64,000 nucleotides of DNA from Patescibacteria group bacterium (GTDB lineage: Bacteria > Patescibacteriota > Minisyncoccia > Phycocordibacterales > UBA918), in the NCBI GenBank assembly GCA_019750255.1, contig JAIEOU010000003.1, positions 19,350-83,349 on the forward strand, in the 5' to 3' direction. A program made the translations under genes and the position numbers. A model generated the notes under the pieces. It saw nothing but the letters and a program-made list of their open reading frames with translations. It was not told where the DNA came from and did no database searches. Position 1 is the first letter of the stretch. Each line of letters starts with the position of its first letter. Positions 1 to 9,232 of the stretch are shown piece by piece.

Positions 1-49
1 CGCTTCCGCCCACCTTGACCGCAGTGACCGACCGCGACTCTCCGCAAAA

Positions 50-1999
50 ATGATTGTCCATCCTGAAAACGAAATCTTTAGCCTCATCAGTCTTGGTAGC
101 CACGTGGTAAAACACGACCCTGGGTTTCGACAACTACTCGCTGACAGCGCGGTTCCCGAACACACATTTCATAGTGCCTTGCGCTGGGTGGTGATTGGCC
201 ACCACCGCAGCAAGCAGCGCTCCCGCTGGTGGGGAAGAGACATGCTTTCAAAGAACCCACCACTTGGTAGCGACCTCGCATACGGCACCACCTATCTGCT
301 CTCGCGCTTTACCCGCGACATCCGCAGTAGTACCGTTTTTTCCACCATCGCCAGCACCAACACCTTTAGCGATGAAATCGTTGGGGAAGTTGAAACTGCC
401 CTCTCCCGTCTCTCGGCCGCGAACGTACTCTTACTTGGCGATAGCGGGGTAGGGAAAATGGACCTGCTGGTATACGTACAAAAACGTCTCGACCAAGGAA
501 AATCTCTTGGTTCCATTACTGGATACAATCTCCACGTCCTTGATACCGCACGACTCTTTACCACGAGCCCGGACAAGCACACCTTTACCAACACCTTTTT
601 GTCTGTACTCACGGAAGCCGCCAATGCGGGTAACGTCGTAATTATCATCGAGGGTATCAGCGTCTTTATCAAAGAAGCTGAAGCGCTAGGAGTATTTATT
701 CCCGAACTCCTTGACCCATACCTCGCTTCACCGTCACTTCATATTATTGCAACCGACACCCCGGGAGCATTTCATGCCACACTCGAAACGCGCGGTGGCT
801 TTACCAGACGATTTGCCGAAATCACCCTCGAGGCCACCAGCCATGAAGGCACCCTCCGGGTACTCGAAAGTGTCGCTGTTGTAAACGAATCAGTCTACAA
901 CGTCCTCTTTACCTACCCGGCGCTTGAAGCCATCGCGCTGGGAGCTGACCGCTACATAGTGGAGGGTGTAATGCCAGGCAAAGCAGTAGAGCTCCTTATC
1001 GACATCGCCGGTAAAGCGGCGCACAGCAATCAACCGCTTATCACTGCCGACTTTGTGTACAGCACTCTTGGTGAGCGGACCGGTATTCCGGCCGGACCGA
1101 TTGACGCCAAAGAACGCGACCGCCTCCTCAATCTTGAAACCATTCTTCATGAGCGCGTGATTGGTCAAGACGCAGCTCTCCAGGCCGTTGCACGCACCAT
1201 GCGTCGTGCTCGCGCGGGAGTTCAAACTAGTGAACGTCCGATTGGTTCATTTTTATTTCTCGGCCCGACCGGTGTCGGAAAAACCGAAACCGCCAAAGCG
1301 CTCGCGCACGTATTCTTTGGCAATGAACAAAACATGCACCGGTTTGATATGACCGAATACAGCGAAGCTGGTTCACTTGCACGCCTCATCGGCAGCGCCG
1401 AATCATCAGGCGGACTTTGTGATGCCCTGCGAGAAAAGCCCTACGCCGTTGTACTCCTCGATGAATTTGAAAAAGCACACAAGACCGTACATGACCTGAT
1501 GCTCCAAATCCTCGACGAGGGCCGTTTCACCGACGCCCGCGGGGAAGTGGTGAACGCCCGTAACACCATTGTGGTAGCGACCAGTAATGCCGGGAGTGAC
1601 CTCATCATGCGCACCGTCGCGCAGCGCGGCGAGCTCGCTACCCTCGAGGCTGAAATTATTGACCACATCATAAACAGCGGCCTCTTCCGTCCCGAGCTCA
1701 TCAATCGTTTTGATAGTACCGTCATCTTTGAGCCACTTAATAAAGGAGCCCAGACTGAAGTGGCGCAGCTCTTCCTCCGCGAACTCGCAGATCGCATGAA
1801 AGAAAAAGGCTACACCCTCGCGATTACTTCTGACCTTATTGACGTAGTAGTTAAGGAAGGTTATCACCCTCAGTTTGGTGCTCGCCCCATGCGCCGTGCG
1901 GTACAGGACGTGGTCGAAGAAGCCATCGCCACCCGTATCATTGCAGGCACCACGAAACCTGGCGACACCATCACTCTCACCAAAGCCGACTTTGCCTAG
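50..1999 (+). CDS. ClpA/B/C-family AAA+ ATPase (N-terminus may lie upstream)
   Basis: Two AAA modules: GDSGVGKM with degenerate Walker B (IIIEG); GPTGVGKT, LLDEFEK, FRPELINRFD, FGARPMRR. Confidence 0.85.
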   Translation: MIVHPENEIFSLISLGSHVVKHDPGFRQLLADSAVPEHTFHSALRWVVIGHHRSKQRSRWWGRDMLSKNPPLGSDLAYGTTYLLSRFTRDIRSSTVFSTIASTNTFSDEIVGEVETALSRLSAANVLLLGDSGVGKMDLLVYVQKRLDQGKSLGSITGYNLHVLDTARLFTTSPDKHTFTNTFLSVLTEAANAGNVVIIIEGISVFIKEAEALGVFIPELLDPYLASPSLHIIATDTPGAFHATLETRGGFTRRFAEITLEATSHEGTLRVLESVAVVNESVYNVLFTYPALEAIALGADRYIVEGVMPGKAVELLIDIAGKAAHSNQPLITADFVYSTLGERTGIPAGPIDAKERDRLLNLETILHERVIGQDAALQAVARTMRRARAGVQTSERPIGSFLFLGPTGVGKTETAKALAHVFFGNEQNMHRFDMTEYSEAGSLARLIGSAESSGGLCDALREKPYAVVLLDEFEKAHKTVHDLMLQILDEGRFTDARGEVVNARNTIVVATSNAGSDLIMRTVAQRGELATLEAEIIDHIINSGLFRPELINRFDSTVIFEPLNKGAQTEVAQLFLRELADRMKEKGYTLAITSDLIDVVVKEGYHPQFGARPMRRAVQDVVEEAIATRIIAGTTKPGDTITLTKADFA

Positions 2000-2068
2000 G
2001 AGACTTGTGGTCATCCAAACCCTGTGGCACTATGGCCGACAGTAAACCCAAGCAGCAGAGAGGTAGAC

Positions 2069-2254
2069 ATGGGTAGTCGTGGTGCCACACGCCATCATAT
2101 CTGTTATGGTTGCGGAAATATGGTGTCTCCCCGCAAAACACATAAGTGTCCAGGGAGGCCAGCACCCCCTATGGTGTACGCCGCCCGGAGCGAGACAGAC
2201 CCCAGTGTTCGTTCTTCTGAACAATCCGCAGCAACCAACAACAGCACTGAGTGA
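2069..2254 (+). CDS. 61-aa Cys/His microprotein (CxxC-x9-HxC)
   Basis: GAGAGGT SD-like motif before ATG 2069; CYGCGNMVSPRKTHKC; resembles the next ORF. Confidence 0.55.
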   Translation: MGSRGATRHHICYGCGNMVSPRKTHKCPGRPAPPMVYAARSETDPSVRSSEQSAATNNSTE

Positions 2255-2267
2255 CGGGAGACAGGTG

Positions 2268-2459
2268 ATGGGAAAAAACCAACGGGTGAAATGTTTGGGG
2301 TGCAAGCAGATGGTGCGAAATTTTTCTTCACACCACTGCACAGGTTACGTGGAAAAAAAACTGACTCCTCGTGCAGTGCGTAATGCACGACCCGTGCCGA
2401 ACACGGGTAAGGCCGCACATCCAAACAACCAAAAGCGGGGCACGGAAGGTTTACGCTAA
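2268..2459 (+). CDS. 63-aa basic Cys/His microprotein (CxxC-x9-HxC)
   Basis: GGGAG SD before ATG 2268; CLGCKQMVRNFSSHHC; followed by terminator. Confidence 0.55.
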   Translation: MGKNQRVKCLGCKQMVRNFSSHHCTGYVEKKLTPRAVRNARPVPNTGKAAHPNNQKRGTEGLR

Positions 2460-2478
2460 ACTTCAATCAGTCCCAATC

Positions 2479-2516
2479 GGCGGCACACTCTGCACAGAGG
2501 TGCCGCCCTTTTATTT
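2479..2516 (+). terminator. Intrinsic terminator
   Basis: GGCGGCAC...GTGCCGCC stem plus T-tract. Confidence 0.7.
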
Positions 2517-2577
2517 ACCCGCAACAACTACCACCGTCTGCCGGTAATTAAATTCATCACCATCCGTCATAACCAAC

Positions 2578-3699
2578 ATGACTACCATAACCCATAATCT
2601 TCGTGGCGCCCTCCTCGCATTCATACTGTTGCTTAGTGTTTTTATTACCAGCCCAGCAGCGGAAGCAAAAAGCCTGCCGCCCGTTATTACCGACAGCACC
2701 GACCTGGTAATCGGAGACAGCGTCTCGTGTCCCAACCTCACCCGCAGCCTCTCTCGTGGCATGCGTGACGAGAGGCAGGTACGCGCTCTTCAATCATTTC
2801 TCGCTACCCACTACTCGTACCCCGAGGCCGATCTCATCACTGGTTACTTTGGCCCCACTACCGAAGGTCTCGTGCGCCGTTTTCAAAGTGAAGCGGGAGT
2901 CCCGACTCTTGGCATGGTCGGCCCGCTTACTCGGGCCGCAATTGGCAAAGCCTGTGGTGCGAGCGGACCCGGACTCACCCTCACTAGTCCAAAAGCCGAC
3001 ACCGTATATGGTCTTGGTGATGACATCACGGTGACCTGGAACACCACTTCAACAGTAGCCTCGACCACGGGCATGTTTGTGCAGCTCGTAGCTGTCGATA
3101 CCAAGGAAATTATGAAATCAGAATTTGTAGAATACGCGAGCGGCACAGCTACTCTCAGTACCGATGAGTTTTGTAACGGAAATTTCTCTGACGCCATCTT
3201 CGGCGGTTGTGAAAATATTAAAGAGGCGCTAAAGGAAGGGAAGCTGCCGTTTAGAATCTACGCCGCTCTCTATACCCCCAAGGACACGTGCTTTGGTTTC
3301 TGTGCCTCTACCAGCTCTGCCACCATCCTCACCAAAACGATGGGTAACACGTTCCACATCGTCGATAGCGGAAGCAAGGACTTCAGTATCAGGAGCGCGT
3401 CTGGCAGTACACCCTTTGCCGCCGAGTTTCTGATTGGCAAAGAGGGAGAATTCAGCCTCGACTTTGGTGACGGAAAGAAGGCGAGCGTGACCGTACCCGG
3501 TATCCGCTGTATCACCACTCCCTGCAACACACCGGTAAAATCAGTTCCACACACCTACACCCGCCCCGGCACCTACGCTGCCACCCTTACACAAATCGTA
3601 AAGAACACCTGCGAAGGCAGCGGCGACACAGTCTGCGCCGCCTGGTACTCCAGGGAAGAGATGATTGGCACCATCACGGTTGAAGTGAAGAAACGCTAA
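2578..3699 (+). CDS. Secreted peptidoglycan-binding protein with Ig-like/PKD domains
   Basis: Signal peptide; PG_binding_1 pattern (VRALQSFL..TGYFGPTT..VRRFQ..GMVGPLTR); PKD pattern (LDFGDG..HTYTRPGTY). Confidence 0.8.
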   Translation: MTTITHNLRGALLAFILLLSVFITSPAAEAKSLPPVITDSTDLVIGDSVSCPNLTRSLSRGMRDERQVRALQSFLATHYSYPEADLITGYFGPTTEGLVRRFQSEAGVPTLGMVGPLTRAAIGKACGASGPGLTLTSPKADTVYGLGDDITVTWNTTSTVASTTGMFVQLVAVDTKEIMKSEFVEYASGTATLSTDEFCNGNFSDAIFGGCENIKEALKEGKLPFRIYAALYTPKDTCFGFCASTSSATILTKTMGNTFHIVDSGSKDFSIRSASGSTPFAAEFLIGKEGEFSLDFGDGKKASVTVPGIRCITTPCNTPVKSVPHTYTRPGTYAATLTQIVKNTCEGSGDTVCAAWYSREEMIGTITVEVKKR

Positions 3700-3724
3700 C
3701 GATCCAGTCATAGTCCCCATAGCG

Positions 3725-3765
3725 GAAACAACCGGCACATCCCTACGGGATGTGCCGGTTGTTTC
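3725..3765. terminator. Perfect inverted repeat, probable terminator
   Basis: GAAACAACCGGCACATCCC-TAC-GGGATGTGCCGGTTGTTTC. Confidence 0.7.
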
Positions 3766-3832
3766 ATGCCCGCTTCACCTCCCGCCGGCCAATTGAACCT
3801 CAACCGGTTTCCTGCTAGGCTTCATCATATAT

Positions 3833-6562
3833 ATGATAAGCCGCAACGAAATCCGTGTCCGGGCCAGGGAATTTTCAAAAGAATGGGAACGTGAGGTAGA
3901 CGAGGATGCTGAAGCTAAAAGTTTTTGGGACGCTTTCTTTATGGTGTTTGGTGTTTCCCGTCGCCGCGTTGCTGCCTTTGAACACTTCGTCCACAAACAA
4001 GACGGCGGGCAAGGGTTCATAGATGTGCTGTGGCCGGGAGTAATGCTCGCCGAGCACAAGAGCCGCGGCAAGAGTTTGGACCGCGCCTTTAGCCAAGCCA
4101 AGGATTATTTTCCTGGCCTCAAAGACGCCGAGCTCCCACGGTATGTGGTCGTATCTGACTTTGCCCTTATTCGGGTCTACGATTTGGATAACGATACGGA
4201 AGTTGAGTTCTCACTTTCCGACCTCGACAAACACATCGAACTCTTTGGATTTATATCCGGCTACGAAGTGCGTAAGTACGAAGCGGAAGAAGAGGCGAGT
4301 ATAAAAGCAGCAGAGCTCATGGCGAAACTTCACGAAGCGATTGAAGTGACCGGCTATAGCGGGCACGACCTCGAAGTGTTTCTCGTGCGTATACTCTTTT
4401 GTCTCTTTGCCGATGACACCGAGATATTTGAAAAGGGGAGTTTCAGGAGGTACATCGAGCAGCGCACGAGCGAAGAAGGGAGCGACCTTGGATTTCGCCT
4501 CCTTGAACTTTTTGACGTCCTCAACACTCCCGACGCAAAGCGCCAAACCACGCTTGATGAACAGCTGTCCGAGTTCCCCTACATCAACGGCGCAATCTTT
4601 GCTGAACGAATCGGGTCAATCACCCTCGACCACAAAGCACGAGCAACTCTTCTCACGTGTTGTGCCTTTAACTGGTCGGGTATATCAGCAGCTATTTTCG
4701 GCTCACTCTTCCAGGGGGTAATGAATAAGCAAGAGCGTCGTGAACTAGGTGCTCACTATACAAGCGAGATCAATATCATGAAGGTGATTCAACCCCTTTT
4801 CCTCGATGAGCTCTACAACGAATTCGATGCCGCAAAGAAAAGCGCAAAGGCCCTCGATTCCTTCCACCAAAAACTGGCGAGCCTTACCTTCCTCGATCCA
4901 GCCTGCGGCTGTGGCAACTTCCTCGTTACCACCTATCGCGAGCTTCGTCGTCTCGAAATTCAGGTACTGTTGAAAAAGCGGAAGCACAATACGAACACTC
5001 TCCTCGCCTTCGGAGCCGGTGAACTTTCGCGCCTTCATGTAAACCAGTTTTACGGAATTGAGATTGAGGAGTTTCCTGCACTCGTTGCTCGTACTGCCAT
5101 GTACCTGGCCGACCACCAAATGACGCGTGAACTGCAAAAAGAGTTCGGGCAAGAGAAGGCCCGTATCCCACTACAGGAGCCGGCAACCATTGTGCACGGG
5201 AACGCTCTTACCATTGAGTGGGCAGAAGTAATTGCTCCGGAGAAACTTTCGTATATTATCGGCAACCCACCGTTTCTGGGCCAGACCTATCAAAGCAAAC
5301 AGCAGAAAGAAGAAGTCGCAAAGGTACTGTCGGGAATAAAGAAAACAGGCACGCTCGATTTCGTATCTGCGTGGTATGGGAAAGCTGCCGATCTAATGAA
5401 GCAAAATCCTAAGATACAGACTGCACTAGTATCAACTAATTCCATCACCCAAGGTGAGCAGGTGGGTATTCTTTGGAAGTATCTACTGGAGAATGGGGTA
5501 AAAATTAACTTCGCTCACCAGACTTTCCGCTGGACGAACGACGCAAAGGGCAAGGCGGCGGTACACTGCGTCATTGTCGGTTTTGCACTTTTCGATAAAC
5601 CTACCAAATGGCTTTATCTATACTCGAATATAGACGGTGAGGGAACGGAGGTAGGGGTTAAAAACATAAATCCATATCTTGTTGATGGACCAAATATTCT
5701 TCTTGAGAGCCGAAGCAAGCCGGTTTGTAAAGCACCAAAAATGATTCGAGGCAGCCAACCAACGGACGGGGGCAACCTTTTACTCACACAAGAAGAAAAG
5801 GACACACTTGTCATGAATGACCCATTGGTTGCAAAATTCATACGACCATTCTTGATGGGTAACGAATTTATTAATAATATTAAACGTTACTGTCTATGGC
5901 TCAAAGATTGTTCGCCAAATGAACTCAAGGAAATGCCTGAAGTAATGAGACGAATAGAATCCGTTCGTAAAGTTAGACTAGCAAGTAAGAAAGCAGCGAC
6001 CCAAAAGTTAGCGTCTTTACCATTTCTTTTTGGAGAAATTAGAACATCTGAATCATGTTACCTTGCAGTACCAACTGTCTCATCAGAGAACAGAAGTTAT
6101 ATTCCAATCGGATTTTTGCCCCCAGATGTTATTGCGGGAAATAAAATATATTTCATACCCAACGCAAATATTTTTAACTTTGGAATCCTGACTTCAAAGA
6201 TGCACATGGTCTGGACTCGATACACATGTGGCCGGCTGAAAAGTGATTACAACTACTCTAATAAAATTGTCTACAACAACTTCCCGTGGCCAGGGTGTGG
6301 TGCAAATGTCACTGACCTAAGTGTAGAAGCGAAAGAAAAAATCGAAGCCGCAGCGCAAGCAGTACTCGATGCTCGTGCCCAGTTCCCAAACTCATCCCTC
6401 GCCGATCTCTACGATCCACGCACCATGCCACCAGTACTCGTAAAAGCTCACGCCGCCCTCGACCGTGCCGTCGATGCCGCCTACAGCTACCGCGACACTG
6501 GCCTCGACGCCGACCGCATTGCTTTCTTGTTTGAGCGTTACCAAAAAATTATTAATTCTTAA
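3833..6562 (+). CDS. MmeI-family type IIL/IIG restriction-modification enzyme (nuclease + N6-adenine MTase + TRD)
   Basis: N-terminal FIDVLW..EHKS nuclease motif, LGAHYTS, DPACGCGNF, GNPPF, C-terminal SLADLYDP..MP. Confidence 0.92.
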   Translation: MISRNEIRVRAREFSKEWEREVDEDAEAKSFWDAFFMVFGVSRRRVAAFEHFVHKQDGGQGFIDVLWPGVMLAEHKSRGKSLDRAFSQAKDYFPGLKDAELPRYVVVSDFALIRVYDLDNDTEVEFSLSDLDKHIELFGFISGYEVRKYEAEEEASIKAAELMAKLHEAIEVTGYSGHDLEVFLVRILFCLFADDTEIFEKGSFRRYIEQRTSEEGSDLGFRLLELFDVLNTPDAKRQTTLDEQLSEFPYINGAIFAERIGSITLDHKARATLLTCCAFNWSGISAAIFGSLFQGVMNKQERRELGAHYTSEINIMKVIQPLFLDELYNEFDAAKKSAKALDSFHQKLASLTFLDPACGCGNFLVTTYRELRRLEIQVLLKKRKHNTNTLLAFGAGELSRLHVNQFYGIEIEEFPALVARTAMYLADHQMTRELQKEFGQEKARIPLQEPATIVHGNALTIEWAEVIAPEKLSYIIGNPPFLGQTYQSKQQKEEVAKVLSGIKKTGTLDFVSAWYGKAADLMKQNPKIQTALVSTNSITQGEQVGILWKYLLENGVKINFAHQTFRWTNDAKGKAAVHCVIVGFALFDKPTKWLYLYSNIDGEGTEVGVKNINPYLVDGPNILLESRSKPVCKAPKMIRGSQPTDGGNLLLTQEEKDTLVMNDPLVAKFIRPFLMGNEFINNIKRYCLWLKDCSPNELKEMPEVMRRIESVRKVRLASKKAATQKLASLPFLFGEIRTSESCYLAVPTVSSENRSYIPIGFLPPDVIAGNKIYFIPNANIFNFGILTSKMHMVWTRYTCGRLKSDYNYSNKIVYNNFPWPGCGANVTDLSVEAKEKIEAAAQAVLDARAQFPNSSLADLYDPRTMPPVLVKAHAALDRAVDAAYSYRDTGLDADRIAFLFERYQKIINS

Positions 6563-6573
6563 ACGCAAAAAAT

Positions 6574-6602
6574 AAACCAGCCACCGTTCGGTGGTTGGTT
6601 TT
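6574..6602. terminator. Bidirectional terminator
   Basis: AAACCAGCCACC-GTTC-GGTGGTTGGTTT between convergent genes. Confidence 0.7.
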
Positions 6603-6660
6603 AATTTTAAGCCGGTAACTTTTTTTGTGTTGCCACCTGCATCAGGGATAAGCCGACGAC

Positions 6661-7410
6661 CTACTTTCGTAGCGACGCAATCAGGGCATCGAGCTTCTCG
6701 TTTAAGTCACGCTCTTTGCGATCACTCTCTGGCTGATTGATGGCGCTCGAGGCCACGCCGATAATAATGCTGAGGAGCACAAACACCGTGGTGACAATAA
6801 AGCCGATGAAGAATAGGCCGGCCCAGGGATACACACTCATGAGTGGGCGCACTACATCGCTCCACGCATCCAGGGTCATGATTTGAAAAAGTGTAAAGAG
6901 GGCGTTGTCGAGATCGGCGAAGTGTTCCGGTGAAGCCGCGCGAAAGAATTTTACCGACAGCACGGCACAAACATACAAAATCACCGACAGCACACACATC
7001 ACGGCAAAGCTGCCCATGAGCGCCCGACCAATACCAGAGAGCACATCTCGGAACGAGGGTACAACACTAAGGAGCCGAAGAATACGAACTGCTCGCAAAG
7101 CCGATACGTTACCAAGTCCCGCAATGCCAAGGAGGGGAAGAAGCGTCACGAACACTACAGAGAAATCAAACCAGTTCCAACCGCTGCGGAAAAAACTGAG
7201 GCGAAAAACACTGATACGAAGTACGAGCTCGCTCACAAAGACAGCGAGGAACAGTTTATCAATCACAAGTAATGTTGGGCCGATACTGGTCATGACGGCA
7301 GGGTAGGTCTCGAGCGCGAGCGTAATCGCATTAAGCACGATTGCGGTGATGATGAATCGCTCAAACCACACATTTGAAACCAACGCTTGGAAAAAAGATG
7401 TCTTATTCAT
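6661..7410 (-). CDS. Bacterial voltage-gated cation channel (BacNav / Ion_trans family)
   Basis: 6 TM segments, WNWFDF, S4 LRAVRILRLL, pore TLFQIMTLDAWSD; start at 7410 preferred (alternative 7419). Confidence 0.9.
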   Translation of the reverse strand: MNKTSFFQALVSNVWFERFIITAIVLNAITLALETYPAVMTSIGPTLLVIDKLFLAVFVSELVLRISVFRLSFFRSGWNWFDFSVVFVTLLPLLGIAGLGNVSALRAVRILRLLSVVPSFRDVLSGIGRALMGSFAVMCVLSVILYVCAVLSVKFFRAASPEHFADLDNALFTLFQIMTLDAWSDVVRPLMSVYPWAGLFFIGFIVTTVFVLLSIIIGVASSAINQPESDRKERDLNEKLDALIASLRK

Positions 7411-7900
7411 GCCCGACATGGTACGACACCAGGTGGAATTCGACTAGTGCGACGATATGGGAAATGGTATTCAGAGAGACCTCACTGTTTTCGTGTGTAA
7501 TGAAACGCGAATTCCGACAGCTGGGGGAAGGTGCCACGGGACCACAGTACGCATGTACCGTATGCGGCCGTTAGTTCATTTTGGTCTGAGAGCGTACCAC
7601 TCGTCCGCCGCTATGTGTTCCATGGCTTGCCGAAGTCTCCAGCATTAGCCCATTACATATATACGTATAGGCGCAAAAGCCCTGGTATCTAAGCGAAGTA
7701 ACGTGAGGCGTGCTCCAAGCCCAAGAAACGTCCGTTCACACAAACCGTTACCTAACGTGGTTACACACCAAGCGCTGGCCGTGGCCGCGGAACAGTGTTT
7801 CATGCGAATACCGGAACAGCACTCTGACCTGCGTAACCATGATGACCGCGGGGTCAAAACGAGGGGGTCTGTTGACAGGGTCGTCAGTATTGCGTGTGGC

Positions 7901-7929
7901 TTGCTTTTTTAAATAAAGTATGCTATAGT
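7901..7929 (+). promoter_or_regulatory. Sigma70 promoter of rpsO
   Basis: TTGCTT-17 bp-TATAGT with extended -10 TG. Confidence 0.7.
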
Positions 7930-8030
7930 TCTTGCAACCTTCGCGGTTATTATTGGCACGTAGACCTCTGCTCCACTTGTGTGGGCGTATCTAATAGGAA
8001 AGCGTGCCGCGATCTCATTTACACACATAT

Positions 8031-8297
8031 ATGTTAACGAAACGAGTAAAAGAAAACGTGCTTAAAAACACTCGCCGTCACGATAGTGATACGGGTTCAC
8101 CAGAGGCACAAGTAGCCCTCCTCACTCGTCAGATTGAAGAGCTCTCTACCCACCTCAAAAAGCACAAGAAGGATTTCCACTCACGTCGTGGTCTCCTCCA
8201 GATCGTGGCCGACCGCCGCAAGCAGCTCAATTACCTCGAGAAGAAAGATGAAAAAGCCTACAAGGCACTGATCAAGAAGCTCGGTATCAAGCGCTAA
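8031..8297 (+). CDS. rpsO: 30S ribosomal protein S15
   Basis: DTGSPEAQVALLT, HKKDFHSRRGL. Confidence 0.98.
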   Translation: MLTKRVKENVLKNTRRHDSDTGSPEAQVALLTRQIEELSTHLKKHKKDFHSRRGLLQIVADRRKQLNYLEKKDEKAYKALIKKLGIKR

Positions 8298-8423
8298 CCA
8301 GCGACCCTAAAGCCCCATCTACTTTGTTGCCTACGTCGCTCGTGCCGCTCACCGTATCATCACAGGTACGGCTCGGACACTCGCTCGTCGGCGCCTCGTA
8401 GCTGGGGCTTTATCGTACGCTTG
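8288..8423. repeat. Long nested inverted repeat (REP/MITE-like) overlapping the rpsO stop
   Basis: CAAGCG/CGCTTG, TAAAGCCCC/GGGGCTTTA, CTAC/GTAG and inner CCGTA/TACGG arms. Confidence 0.6.
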
Positions 8424-8517
8424 TTTCTGCGACCTGGAGCAACGGAAACATTTGGAGTATAGTAAGTACGCAGCGGAGATTTTAATAAACGAAGGACGTA
8501 ATTTACATAATAACTAT

Positions 8518-9150
8518 ATGGGAGTCATCAGACACCCCGATCAACGTGTAGCGATTTTAATTGATACACAGAACCTCTACCACAGTGCGAAGAACCTCTA
8601 CAAGTCCAAAGTAAATTTTGGAGCAGTGGTGAAGCAAGCGCTCGGAGGTCGCAAACTTATTCGCGCCGTGTCGTACGTGGTGAATACCGAAAGTGGGGAA
8701 GAGCAACCATTCTTTGAAGCCCTCGAGAAAGTCGGCATTGAAATTAAAACGAAGGACCTCCAAATCTTTTACGGGGGTGCGAAGAAAGCCGACTGGGATG
8801 TTGGTCTCGCGGTTGACGCCATCAAGCTTGCGCAAAAAGTTGACGCTATTATCTTAGCCTCTGGCGATGGTGACTTTGTCCCGATGGTGGAATACGTAAA
8901 GAGCCAGGGCTGCCAAGTTGAAGCAATTTCGTTTGGTCGTTCCTCATCATCAAAGTTGCGTGAAGTTGTTGACGACTTCATCGATATGGATGAACACCCT
9001 AGTGACTTCCTCATCAGCTACAAAGGTGGCCCGCGCCGAGCTTCATTGGCAGGTCGCACCGAAGGCAGAGGTGAGGGGTCGAGCCGCGCCAAGAATGAGC
9101 TCCGCAACGAAATCCAAAAAGTAGTTGGAACGGACACCGATAATCTTTAG
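8518..9150 (+). CDS. NYN domain (LabA/DUF88) PIN-like nuclease
   Basis: AILIDTQNLY, KADWDVGLAVD, LASGDGDFVP. Confidence 0.93.
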   Translation: MGVIRHPDQRVAILIDTQNLYHSAKNLYKSKVNFGAVVKQALGGRKLIRAVSYVVNTESGEEQPFFEALEKVGIEIKTKDLQIFYGGAKKADWDVGLAVDAIKLAQKVDAIILASGDGDFVPMVEYVKSQGCQVEAISFGRSSSSKLREVVDDFIDMDEHPSDFLISYKGGPRRASLAGRTEGRGEGSSRAKNELRNEIQKVVGTDTDNL

Positions 9151-9232
9151 GAGCAAAAATTTAAAACCGCCGCTATGGTAGGCTTGTCGCGGACTGTTAC
9201 ATCCCTAAAACGCACATGAGAAGGAAGGTGTG

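Noticed and set aside
7424-7900. Short ORFs in the channel-rpsO gap
   Set aside because: Several overlapping 60-70 aa frames on both strands with no motif or clear start signal; possibly a decayed gene, but not supportable.
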